Part shown: positions 13,801 to 26,200 of the stretch, piece after piece
Layout of the letters: each line of letters opens with the position of its first letter
Numbering within the stretch: the first letter of the stretch is position 1
DNA from: Penicillus capitatus
Lineage: Eukaryota; Plantae; Chlorophyta
Assembly (NCBI GenBank): GCA_965649825.1
Contig: OZ287711.1
Coordinates: 45,201 to 109,200, forward strand
DNA length: 64,000 nucleotides
Direction: 5' to 3'
The notes under the pieces: model-generated
The model's database searches: none
Seen by the model: the letters and a program-made list of their open reading frames with translations, nothing else
Told to the model about the DNA's origin: nothing
Translations under genes and position numbers: made by a program

Positions 13801-14810
13801 AATACACATGCCACCTTGTGTTAACAGCAGTGGTCTCGAATCAAAAACGAGTGGCGGCCGTGCAGCAGTGCCATCTGCATCGCTGACGACTCCCATACAG
13901 TCCTATCCAGTATCCATTGTCAGTACATACCATGTATTCTGTCAGGTTCCGTCGACCTCCCAGAGCATTGCGAGAAGACTCGGAATCGGAAGCGTGATGA
14001 ACTGGGTACCGACAGCAGGTTCCAGGATGACTCTGATCTGACCGTTGCGTATGGCAGAATAGGTATTTTTGGAGGAAATGATGATATCTTCACCCAGCCA
14101 TGCCAATCCCTATCCATAACTCCTTCACGACGGACTGGCCACAGGAGTCATGCAAAACCGCGACCTTGATGTCTTCCTGCACTGCATGATGTGCAATGAG
14201 TGTTGGCTGTGCGTCCCACTCTCTGGAAACTTCATAAACATCCACTCTGCTCTTTCGCAATCCAGATCTGAGGGCAATGGCGAAACGACAGGGCGAGACG
14301 TAACGTGGGTCTCCAGCCACCAGAATCACATTCTATCCGTACATAAAGAGCGATGCATCGAGAGACATGACAGTGAATGGACAGGTATGGCAGTGCCTTG
14401 ACCATCTTTTGACTCACCTCACCTGAGCACCGATCAATGGCACCGGATCCAATTGATCCAGATCACACAGTAATAGTTGGCCATCCTCAACAAGGACTGC
14501 CAGAATGCTTGCACCTCCCAACAGACAAATACTCCTGACAGGCTGCACCGTACAGAGATGTGATAGAGCTGTGTGGCAAGACAACAGAATGTGCCTTTTT
14601 GGAAGCTTGTCGCCGAGCACAGAGACGGGCAACGCAACCCGTTGGTTCATAGACAATTCGGTGCTCTTCTATAAAACCCGTATCGAGACCGACGTAGAAA
14701 CGGAGACCGTCGTTGTCGACTGCCAGTCCTGTAATGTGACTTCTGTCTTTGCGTTGCTGAATCAGACAGAGCTCAAAGGCCGTGCGGCCATCGACTGGGT
14801 CGACCATCAT
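10888..14810 (-). CDS. VPS3/TGFBRAP1-type (Vps39 family) CORVET/HOPS subunit
   Basis: N-terminal CNH-like beta region (ITGLAVDNDGLRFYVGLDTGFIEEH), central clathrin-like helical repeats, C-terminal DPMRVLDALSETMPL and zinc-finger CVLCRKPLGGRIFYKYPSGATVCGMC*. Confidence 0.82.
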
Positions 14811-14952
14811 TCTCGAAGATAGGACACATTATCGCCATTCGACGGGACGAAAGAGGACCTCACGTGCATCTCAAGCGGTAACTGGTGTCAACGTTTCGGC
14901 GCCACTTTGTCTCGTATTTGCGGACAAGACAACGCTTCCCGTACCACGGATC

Positions 14953-15551
14953 ATGTTGCAAAAACAACAGCGTAAGTGTTTTCGCGGGGGAGGGACTCTT
15001 TGGACTTACTCGCACGCGCGTTCCTGTTTAGTGTGCTTTCTGTTGCTGTTCGTCGTCTGCTGTTTGGCGTCGGACGAAGAATGCAAGTGCAGCAACTTAC
15101 CGATCGGAAAATGGGATGTCCACTTTTCCAGGACCGTTGTACCAGGGTATCGAACAGACGGCCACCTGGTGATGAAACATCGCTATAACGAGGTGTTTTA
15201 TGGTAAGGACCATTCTTCAACGAGGAAGATTTCACTGTCAGGGTCGTAGGTATGTTAAAGCTTTATGGATATCTCCCACTCCAATGGTTTCCAATGGAGT
15301 TCGCCGGGTACCTAAATGGAACCTCGTGCAAGTTCCGTGGATCGTTGGCCTTTGTTCCCGCTCGTTTGACTGTCGTCTTCGATCTTGACTACGACAATGA
15401 TAAGACTATGGAGGGACACTACAACAGAGCCACGGCGATCAGTGTTGACGATCACTTCGATCATATGGAGGTGAAGTTGGTGGATCCCGAGTACGAAGAG
15501 GAAGACGAGGAGTTTGAGTTTGATGGAAGAGAGAATGTTGCTGTTGTCTGA
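14953..15551 (+). CDS. Small secreted beta-rich protein, unknown family, copy 1
   Basis: Introns 14972-15031 and 15203-15249 (both phase 1) give MLQKQQLCFLLLFVVCCLA-SDEECKCSNLPIGKW...NEVFY|GMLKLY...NGTSCKFRGSL...DKTMEGHY... with an acidic tail. Confidence 0.75.
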
Positions 15552-15699
15552 AGACCAGACTGAAGAATCTTTTTTACTCGATTACTGTTGTGCGTCCCGT
15601 CACATTCAGTTTTCGAAATCAAGGAGGAGCCCAACAGAATGGATCAATTTTAATCAAACGCGTCAACTGTTTATCGACCGTACAAACGTTTAGCGCGAA

Positions 15700-18100
15700 T
15701 TATCTGTTAGAGGATGGAGATCGAAGACGCTGTTTGCGATGTGCTCGAGGACATTGCTCCGTCGGGGCTGACGGTGAAGAAACTGCTGGACGCGTTGAAG
15801 ATCAACGTGACAAAAGGTCGCCAGGTAACGCGTATGAAACCCGTGCTTGCGACGCGTTGACGCGGACTTTGTATTGTTACTCTGTTATGCAATCCGTTTG
15901 AATACGGGAGAGTTTCCAAAGTTCTCGGTACAATAGGATGTATGCGTAGGTTTCTTCGATACTTCAGCAAATGGTTCGCAAAGGACAGCTTGTCGAGACT
16001 CAAAGCGGACCTCTGTCGATCTTTTCGGTCAAGGAAGGTGAACCGAACGCTTGATTGTTGGTGGTTTCGATTAACGATGGTCGATCTTTGAGGTGAGGCC
16101 AATGAAGGTGTTTGCGTAGAGATAAAATCACCGAGGTCTCCATCGCCCGTGCTTGGACTCTTGGAATCTTCGGACCATCCGCAGAGGAGCTGCTCGGACA
16201 ATATGGAAAGACGATCATTGGATTTTCAACGTAAGCTCTATTGTCGTACACAGACGAAGTATACTCTTAAGTTCCTTCACGTTAAAATCACGCGTTTGAA
16301 CAACTTATTCGATTACGAATCACCCTCGGTCGTGTTCATTCGTGTTGAATTGTTCGGTCTAGAGACCAAACCCGATTTAAACGCTTTCCTGATGCATCTC
16401 TTCCTTATAAATGTTTGGGCGCAATGTTGTAGGGTTTCCCAACTCCTGCCCACTCGACGAGTTGAAACAAGTGACGATTCCAATGGAGAAATTCAATCAT
16501 CCGCCGATGGTGAGTTTTACTTTACGATGTTTGTACGATCCTCTTTACCGCAACTGAGCTAGTAGTTTGTTTTCGTGTCTTCAAGTGTTTGGACTTTTTA
16601 ACCCGTTTTCATTCATTTATTTGTGTTCTACTTAGATTCTGTCGTATTTGATAGAGATATTGAGTAGAATTCATCCAAAATCAACCTGCGCGCATGATGT
16701 GCTCACTTCGCACTGCATTCAGCCTGGGCTGGTATGAATTTTTTCCTCTCGATAGGACTGTGAACTCCTTTTAGGTGTTTTATGCTTTTAACACGCTGTT
16801 GAAGAGAAAAAGAGTGACGAAGTTCAAGAGATCGAATCGATGGTTTCATTTGTATCAATGGAATCCGCGATGCTCTTGAGCTCTTGAAGCATGTCAGCTA
16901 CAAAGTTGGCAAAACTGTTTAATCGTCGGACAATCCATTCTTAAACTCTCTGTTTTGATTGACTCGTTTTGACCTATTCTTATTATTGTCATCCGAACAA
17001 ACAAAGATGTTTGCACAATTATGGATTTCTGTCTTGCATACAGCGGTGGCGAAACAGTCATTGATTGTAATAATTGAAAATGTGTGAGGTTTCAAAAAGA
17101 AGCTTAGAATCGATTTTGTCAAAAGGATCCTTGCTACTCAAGTCGATGCCACTCTCTTTAGGGGATCGATCGTCTTTTTGTTGTTTATTGTGTTTGGCAA
17201 GGATGGAGACACTTCGTCAGATATGATTTTGTCTTCGATTGTCTCAAATCCGTAGGGGTGCAAACTGCATGACAGATAAAGGTATGTCATTTGTCACCGG
17301 GCTGGGAAAAGTAAATGGAAGTGTTTGGTGCATTAGGAACACGCCAATGTTGATTTGGAGTCTGAACAAAATGCAAAGTAGACAACATCGATTACATGGT
17401 CGTTTTTAGCCCTAGACTAGCGACAGGGATTTAGCTAATTGTTTGCTAAGGTGATTTCGTGTTTGCTTTTTTCTGAGTTCTTGAATGAAGATTTCTTAAA
17501 TTAAGTTTCTACCATCTCTAATAGTGCGTCTTACATCGTTTTTCAGATGTTTTTTTGCTTCATTCGCATTTCCGTTGTCGTGTTTGTCAACGGACAACGG
17601 GTTAACGACGAAGGCGTAAGGATTGCAAAGACTGTTCGAACAATAATTGTAAGAATTTATGCAATTCTTTGAACAGCTGCACGAAGGTGGACAGCTGTCC
17701 ACTGACACCGTGAATTCTCCGCAAGAGTTCACGCTAATCAGAAACTCTATCGTCTTACAAAGGCAGCCTGATACATTTCGGAATAGTTCCTGTTCCTTTA
17801 ATACTTTGCCGGAAGAATCCTTTGTCATCGGGTCTTATATAAGGAGCTCGTTCTGAACGACACCGTCGTATTTGTCAGAGCCACTTCAGCGCACAAGAAG
17901 ACGAATTTCGTGCGACTTGAAAGGACATCCAACCAAGTAGCGATTCGCGAACAGCGGTGAACTTATCTTCTTCGCGTGATCTAGTGAAGACGCGTAATAG
18001 TGTGTAGAAATCTGAGAGAAGTCGAAAAAAAGAGGAATCTTGCATCCGATGAATAGAAAGAGAATGCAAACAGAAACTTGCAAGAGACTCTTGTTCTCCT
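15700..18100 (-). pseudogene. AT-rich stretch with short protein-like frames broken by stops (decayed gene(s)?)
   Basis: Minus-strand fragments such as MQDSSFFRLLSDFYTLLRVFTRSREEDKFTAVRESLLGW*, EWIVRRLNSFANFVADMLQELKSIADSID* and RYLATFCHVDLQRVQQFLHRQ. No continuous spliced ORF and no recognised family. Confidence 0.25.
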
Positions 18101-18490
18101 TAAAGTCCGAATGATCTTACAGGGAGTCGTATCAAGCAAATCGCCTGTACATCAGACACCCTCGTAGATACAGCTTTGATTCAGAGCGAACCTGCACATA
18201 GCATCTCGTACCCATTCAGGAAAACATAACAGTAACGACCGAGTTGAAATCCACTGGATCTTCATCAATTTGCTCCAGTGGTAAGATGAGTATTTGAGGT
18301 GTTGCCACTTTTCCATTCCGGCATTCTAGATAACAGGATAAGGAAAATCTTGCATTCAAAACAAAAATCTTTTTCCTCTTCGAATCAGTACAGTAATGGT
18401 TCGCACAAACATGACACTTCGGCAACAGTTGATCCTCAGAACAGTAATAACGTCGACAAAAACAGATCGAGTAAATATTTGAACAGCATT

Positions 18491-19315
18491 CTAGATGCGA
18501 TCAACGGCAATAATCAAAGAGGTCCAAGTCCTGCTCTCCATCATGCCATCATGGTACTCGAACCCATCGCGGCCGCTTGCTTTGCCACTCCCTCTGATGG
18601 CAGACTTCTTGCCCTTCTGAAAACCTTCATAGGAGTAACGGCATCGAAAGAATCCACAGGAAACGATGGACTCAGGGTCCAGCATGTCCTTGCAAAGAGG
18701 ACAGGGTGTCTTGTGGAGCAGAGAACCAATATTGAACCCGGCAGTCTCGAAAAGAAACACGATGTCCTGCGGAGAACGACTAAATCCAAGGTTGCTCCAG
18801 GCCAGTTGCCCATAAGCTTGGCACTCCACGTTCGTACAGCGACCCTCCAAATTGAATCCACTAGCGATGCGTCTGTAGTTTGGAGCATTCTTGCCGAAAA
18901 GCCTGTTGCGACCGCTTTCCAAGCTGGCGAAGTCGAAGGCTACCGCAGAAAGGAACGCGCCTCCAACGCCTCTGAAGATCAAATGCACGATGGATCCGTC
19001 TTGAATGCCGCTGTCTCTGAGACGGTCTGTATCTCGCAGCGTCTTAACACCAAAAACCAAACGGTAGAGATCGACTGAGCACCCATCGTCCTTATCCCAT
19101 ATCTTGCGCTTCAAATCAATGACGGCGTCGTCCTCGGAGCAGCGGACAATGAGAGTCTTGTTGTTCTGTTTGAGAACTGTTACTCTCATTCCTTGTCGTG
19201 TACAGGAAAACGAACGGCAACGCTCTTGAACACTGTCGTGTGTGTCCGCGTCGAGCGTGTCGAGTCGACAGCCTGTAAGGTCGCCTTGGAGTGGTGCTAT
19301 GGCCAAGTCGGACAT
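18491..19315 (-). CDS. Ubiquitin-like domain fused to a Cys-rich domain; apparently intronless
   Basis: MRVTVLKQNNKTLIVRCSEDDAVIDLKRKIWDKDDGCSVDLYRLVFGVKTLRDTDRLRDSGIQDGSIVHLIFRGVGG is ubiquitin-like (second ATG at 19189). It is followed by APNYRRIASGFNLEGRCTNVECQAY...CPLC...CGFFRCRYSYEG...WTSL. Confidence 0.85.
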   Translation of the reverse strand: MSDLAIAPLQGDLTGCRLDTLDADTHDSVQERCRSFSCTRQGMRVTVLKQNNKTLIVRCSEDDAVIDLKRKIWDKDDGCSVDLYRLVFGVKTLRDTDRLRDSGIQDGSIVHLIFRGVGGAFLSAVAFDFASLESGRNRLFGKNAPNYRRIASGFNLEGRCTNVECQAYGQLAWSNLGFSRSPQDIVFLFETAGFNIGSLLHKTPCPLCKDMLDPESIVSCGFFRCRYSYEGFQKGKKSAIRGSGKASGRDGFEYHDGMMESRTWTSLIIAVDRI

Positions 19316-19886
19316 CTTCAAAAACGAAAACTTGACGGCGTCTGGCGAATTCGCGTCCTCGACTTTTGGCGCCTAGGCTGTCGCGTCTATCACAATCGCT
19401 TCCAACCTCCGGGTAATCTCAAAGTCACTTCAAAGGCACGGAAAGTCTTATCCTTCGGTTGCTGAACGCGGTTCCTTTGCTCTCCAGGTCACGTCATCTC
19501 GAAAAGAGATCTTGTCCCAATGCGCGGGTATGGAAAATTGTCGAGTCTCTCGCCAAGGGCCTCTCGATTGCGACTGTCAATTTCATAGAAAGAGAATTTG
19601 CGTGACGGTGTCTCCTAGTGCCGTCGTTATGCATATGTGCATACCGGTCGAACAGAGAGTGATCACAGCGTTCCGACATTGGCTCAGGTAAGACGCAAGC
19701 CGTTGATCTTGGAAATCAGAGGATGTCATCATGAAGTTCGGCGAGCATGGGGTATTTTCGAGGATATCTGAAACACAATCCTTCGGATACTGTATTAAAC
19801 AGAGATCGACAAAACAGATAGATTCTCAGCTCTTAGAGTCCACGGACGCATAACTTGACAAGACTGTCCACTTTTCAGCTCTGCAT

Positions 19887-20245
19887 TTACTTCAAGCAAA
19901 AGAGACTAAAAAAGAGTGACGATTTCAATTTCGCCAGATCTGATTTCACTGCAACGTTGGTTGCATGACTGTTTGGCTCTTCTGTCACTTTGACTAAGAA
20001 TTCAAGTTCGACTCCTTTCTGGAAAACGAGACAATGCGTTGAGCCACCAAAATGAAACATGCCAATTTCATCGCCCTTGCTCACATGCTGACCTTCTACA
20101 ACAGTGATCTCACAGCTTGACACTTCTCCCATGCCCACAGGCACGACGGCAACCATTCCAATAGCTGGTATGTCGGCACGGATGAAGATAACGGCACGTG
20201 TGGCCACTGATGCAAGGAAACTCTGAGACTTAGTCGGTGCCTTGG
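19887..20245 (-). pseudogene. C-terminal fragment of a phosphatidylserine-decarboxylase-family (pyruvoyl) enzyme
   Basis: SQSFLASVATRAVIFIRADIPAIGMVAVVPVGMGEVSSCEITVVEGQHVSKGDEIGMFHFGGSTHCLVF with the GGST self-cleavage motif. An in-frame TGA lies just upstream and only about 320 nt remain before the THI4 stop. Confidence 0.75.
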
Positions 20246-20574
20246 TCCTGTTCACTTCTCACTCTTTTCCAGCTTCAGCTTCATTTTGATCGGCCTCTGT
20301 CGTTGTTCTCATGGAGTTTTGGTATCTGTCCCTAGAGGACACCTTTCCTAGCTACACAGAACAGCAAACCTCTTGAAGGCTTGTTCTCGCCGCCGCGGGA
20401 GGTCGCGTGTATATCTCATACAGAAAAAAGACAATAGCGTTTCGATTAGGGAGTTGCTCGGTTTTGAATCGTCAGTTGTTCAATACTTCGCACATTAAAG
20501 CAGCGCATTTGGTTATCGATCGGGTACCATTCCAAAAAACCAAAGAACATTCAAAATCAATCCATTATCCGCAT

Positions 20575-21690
<1,116 letters not shown>

Positions 21691-21765
21691 TCTGACTTCT
21701 TCTCTTTCACACAACAAACGCCGACAAACACGCCTTCTCGCAGAATTCCCTGCGAAGCACAACAA

Positions 21766-21852
21766 CCACGCTTCCCGTCGCAGGCATTATCCCGGTCCGG
21801 TGCAAAGGGTATAATCTCAGCTCAGTCGCAAGGACTGGCACCCCTAGCGTGG
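21766..21852 (-). ncRNA. TPP riboswitch aptamer upstream of THI4
   Basis: Minus strand reads CCACGCU AGGGG UGC CAGUC CUUGC GACUG AG CUGAGA UUAU ACCCUUU GC ACCGG AC CGGG AUAAUG CCUG CG ACGG GAAGCGUGG. P1 CCACGCU/AGCGUGG, P2 AGGGG/CCCUU, P3 CAGUC/GACUG, conserved UGAGA and GAUAAUGC, P4 CCG/CGG. Confidence 0.93.
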
Positions 21853-22144
21853 ACCTTGTTCAAAACAAAGCGAACAAACATACACCTCAAAGCTATGTTT
21901 TCTTCGCCAATGCATAAAAAGACCATCGGCGCAACGGAGACGACCCGCTTTGAAAACACCATAAAAATCGACCTACCTTTTGACCAGAGCTGAAAATTCG
22001 GGGCGCTGGAGGAGATCTCTCAAAACCTAGATTTTCAACGTCGGCGCGACGCTTAGAAAAATGCGTGGTCTTGAGCAATTTTGCGAACTGAGCTGTCTTT
22101 TCATCTTGCATTAGACCTTGACCCTTTCCATTCGGAAACTGCGA

Positions 22145-23161
22145 ATGAAAGCTATGGGCGGACAAGCGAACTGCATTGCGTCCGACCCGTCATGCGAGTC
22201 GCAGTTCACAGACACAGACAGCGACATCTCAAGCAATGGGATCTTTGGGGAGATTGCAAAGAGATGCTGTCGCCAATTCAAAGTCACCGTACGAAAAGTA
22301 CTTCCCACCCTTCCTTGAAGACAGATCGCTGCACGGGAATATGTTTGTGCGTTCAGGATTTTCGAATAACGGATAAAATGACAGTAAGAATCTTATGCCC
22401 TTCTCGAGACATGGACAAGGCCAACGTACTTTCATTGCTCGTAGGCAACGGTGGGGGGCGAGTACTGTCTCCAGTCTGGTAAAGCAGAGCCTATAGCTCG
22501 TGTTGACTATACGGTGCGGTCGCTCCATCCCATGATCATCCACCATACACATAACGGATCGTTCTGTCAGTTGAACGATCGTTTTTTACTTCAAGTGGGA
22601 AACCGAAAATCCAAGCTCAAGATGAATGTGCCTGTCGAGTGCTGGGGAAGCAGACTTCGATTCATACCTGCCCTGCAGGTGAACTACGATGATCAAGTCT
22701 GTTATCCTTTCCAAGCCACGACGACATGACACGCAAATGCTGTTTCAGTTTTCGATGGGTGTCAGCATCAAGCTGGGGAACATGCGAACTCTGGCTGCCG
22801 CTTTAGGAGTCCTTTCAGGCAACTGCGTCGATCGCAGGACGACTTTTCAAGTTTTACCCCAAACAGATGTGATAAGCTGTCGAGTCTCTTCTCTGTATAA
22901 ACGGTATCCTGCTGCCAGGAGACCTCTGGCATAGATGTTAGCACAAAGCTGAGGGTTCGACGTCGAGGACAGTTGATAGACGGTGTTGTCCGTGAGATCA
23001 ATACTATCATCCATCTTGGACCACCACAAGGATTTCCACCTTCTCCTGCCATTGAAATGCGGACGCCATCAGGGAAAGGAAATGGACTTGTTCCTTTAGA
23101 TGAAGATGACGATATCGAAGCAGAAGACACGTCTTCCAGTGAAGCACAAGAGTGTACATAA
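22145..23161 (+). CDS. Beta-strand-rich orphan protein, candidate beta-barrel (copy A)
   Basis: Five phase-0 introns give ...CCRQFKVTVRK|DFRITDKMT|ATVGGEYCLQSGKAEPIARVDYT|LNDRFLLQVGNRKSKLKMN...NYDDQ|FSMGVSIKLGNMRTLAA...LPQTD|ETSGIDVSTKLRVRRRGQLIDGVVREINTIIHLGPP plus an acidic tail. Paralogue at 55042-56037 supports the model. Confidence 0.75.
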
Positions 23162-23830
23162 TGCCAACTCGATGAGAGGATGCTGTTTCATTTAGTTTTT
23201 GATTTTACGAACGCTGTAGCTCAGGAAGCGAAATTGAGAATGTATGACTACGTGGAATGCTTGTGTGTCTGACGACGGCTCGCTAAGAGCGTTTAAACAG
23301 ATGATTCGTCGCTATGAACGACATGCATGACCTTGGATCTTGCATCGTGTCATGTCGACGGTTATTCGCGACGTTCAGTCGAAGAGCCGCTTTACATACC
23401 GTCTTCGTTTACGGTTGACAGAATCTCTTTGAACACCGACGTTCTCTACGAAAGGCAAAGGCTGCTCTTTATGATTCCGGCTGCATAATTGGCAGTTTCT
23501 TCGATGAGACAGTTACAGGAAAATGACAAACACTGGCAATGAATATGGCGTGTCATGTATCGTCATTGATGAATTCAACGCTTTGTATTGTTGCACTTTC
23601 GAATCTTGCCATACGAAAGGCCATTGCTAGATAGATGCTTAACGATGTCATCATGGGATGAGATGAGATCATTTGTCGCTTTCGGGTATTTAGAGCGCAT
23701 TGGTTTGGCGTATTCGTCCACTGCCCGTTTTTGATCCCGAGCGCCGCCTTGCAGCCAGACGACGGAAGCAAGCAAACACAGCTGCTGACACTTTTTCTAG
23801 TCCCTGGACCTTAACAGCAACAGCATTAAC

Positions 23831-25923
23831 ATGGAGGCTCTCTCTTGTATCCGTTTCAGTTATATTCTGCTCTTTGTTTCTTACGTCGCTGCGCAAAACG
23901 CTGAAACAAAGAGCCCGGAAGGATTTGCTACGTTGGAGGCGCCAAAGTCAGTGCCAAGCCCTAGTCCAGTGCCCGTGCCGAGTCCCAGTCCAGTGCCCGT
24001 GCCGAGTCCCAGTCCAGTGCCCGTGCCAGTGCCATCGACAACACCGCGGCAGAAGGCCGATGTTCCTGAAAAGGATTTGATGCAGGCACTTTATCTGACG
24101 GAGACGCCCGACAGAACAGTAAGCAACGTTGCCAGGTTTGTGCCACATTCAATCCTTGCTTGCGCAGTACTACGTGACGGTCGGAATCGGAAACCCGCCT
24201 CAGTTTCTGCGTCTTCTCCTCCATACCGGAATTGGCGATATCTGGGTCCGCCAGTGTCATTCATACCTTCGATTTGAATGTCTGACACGTACATCCTATT
24301 GGCCAGCCCATTCATCGACGGCATCGGTAAGTTCTCGTCCAAGAGCTGAGGTTTCATCGAGATCAGACTGAGAGTATGTATGTCTGTTGCAGAGAGAGAT
24401 GTATTGGCAAGAGTATGTTCTGCGTTTTCATCCATCGACGTATCTCGCGGGGCATTTGGCTAAAGACAACATCCAACTGGGCAGCAAGACTATTCAAGAA
24501 CAATCCTTCGCTGTTTTTGATCGTGTCTATCATACTTCTACCGACTCTACGTGTTTCAACAACGATGAGGGATTCTTTGTCCGTATCTACATGTTCATCT
24601 GCGCCGACAGCGCAACACGATTCTTAGGGATTGGGACCTCCGCTCGGATCTGTGTTAATGGAACCATTCTTCATCAAGAGCATGGTCGCACAAAGACTCA
24701 TCCGAGAAAAGATCGTGTCGATCTACCTGCTAAAGAACGGAGGCGGTGAGTTAATGCTGGGCGGAATCAACCCTGCACACCGTTATTTGGATCGCACATG
24801 GTACGCTCCTATCTGTCTTTCAGCCAAATCCTGTTTCGAACCACTCATTTCTTCTATAGGGTGGTGGCATCCAACAATGATGGTGGCTGGGAAATTGTAC
24901 TTGAAGACATCTACATGCGCAACGCTGTCCACACGTGCGATGGTAGGAAGCAACTCTCACTGAGTCGATTGCCATCATTTACGTGCTGTTAGATTCATGT
25001 GACGCAACCATTTCGACCGCTACATCACACATCATGGGGCCTCCCGAGGATATCAAAATGATCAACGACTATCTGCTCTCTCGATCGTCGAAGAAGCCCA
25101 AGAAGTCCTCTGCGTTGTGTACTGATCGCGTCTACTCCATTATGAAGGAAAGCTTTCATAAGAGAGACAACAGCGCCTCAGCTGAAGAGGTATTCACGTC
25201 CTCCTCCCAAAGTGTCGTCCGTGAGAATTTTTGAGCGCCAAGGTGTGTATGTCTATGGAATGGTGTCATCGTGGTCATCTGGACAAGCAACAGACTTTTG
25301 ACTCTCGCAAGCTGCTGGAACAGGACGCTCAAAACTTTGAGCACAATTTTGGATGCGCTGCGTGTGTCGCAATCGTTGAATCTGTCAAAGTTGTTCCCTC
25401 TCTCACCGCATCGAATCTCACACTTGTCTGATGCAGAATATGGACAGACTGGAAGACTACGACCCCGAGTTTGGTGTTTCTCTTTGCACTTGGCTTTCCA
25501 TCTTGCCGTCGGAGAATTCCTTCCAGAACCACACAGAGGAGGTCGATTGTGATGCCGCTCCGTTATTCGAATTCCTTCGTATCCGAGTGAACGACAAAAA
25601 TCTCTATCTCGATTCTCGCGACTACATCTACAAGGTCCACATCCATGCCGCCTGCCGTGTGTGTTCATGCCATCGCGGTGTCGTGCAGAGAGTCCATCCC
25701 AATTTGGAAATCACGTGCCATACAGAATTCGTTCCGCATGATGATCCCGAGGGAGGCAACTGGATCTTTGGAACTTCTTTTCTTAGAGGTTCGCCTTTCT
25801 TCCCATCGCTCCTTCTCGTCACCATTTCTCTTTTCTGTAGCGTTTCACACTGTCATCGACTACGAAAAAACAAGCATCGGATTCGCTCCTGTCAACAGAC
25901 CCCTTTGGGTACGTCACTCTTGA
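23831..25923 (+). CDS. Secreted pepsin-family (A1) aspartic protease homologue, predicted catalytically inactive
   Basis: Signal peptide, Pro-rich linker, QYYVTVGIGNPPQFLRLLLHTGIGDIWV, FLGIG, GELMLGGIN, SCDATISTATSHIMGP, WIFGTSFLR, HTVIDYEKTSIGFAP. Confidence 0.85.
23951..24033 (+). repeat. 24-nt coding tandem repeat encoding (PSPSPVPV)x3
   Basis: Unit AGTCCAGTGCCCGTGCCGAGTCCC, about three copies, inside exon 1 of the protease homologue. Confidence 0.9.
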
Positions 25924-26200
25924 ATGATGCATTTGGTAAACCTCTGTGGTGAGCAGGTGCATTGAACAGACAGCAGCTTGCAACAACCACAAGAATCTGC
26001 CTTTTGCTTCTGTTTTTGCTTAGTGGGACGTATATTGCACAAGTTATCTGACTATGAATCATGCAATACTGCCAGAATGTGTACCGACCGGACATCCAAC
26101 ATAGTCACCACCTATGCAATCGATAATTTCGCCCCGATACAATCGCTATCGTCTTGTCTCTCCCGTCCTTTGAGACACAATCACACGGAGAACAGCACGA

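Noticed and set aside
18299-19078. 259-aa plus-strand ORF
   Set aside because: Antisense to the Ubl fusion gene, no motifs. The same applies to 57745-58602(+), 28242-28880(-) and similar long shadow ORFs.
23553-23771. GCKAALGIKNGQWTN as another Cys..GxW family member
   Set aside because: No signal peptide, shared introns or downstream motifs; lies in the promoter region of the protease homologue.
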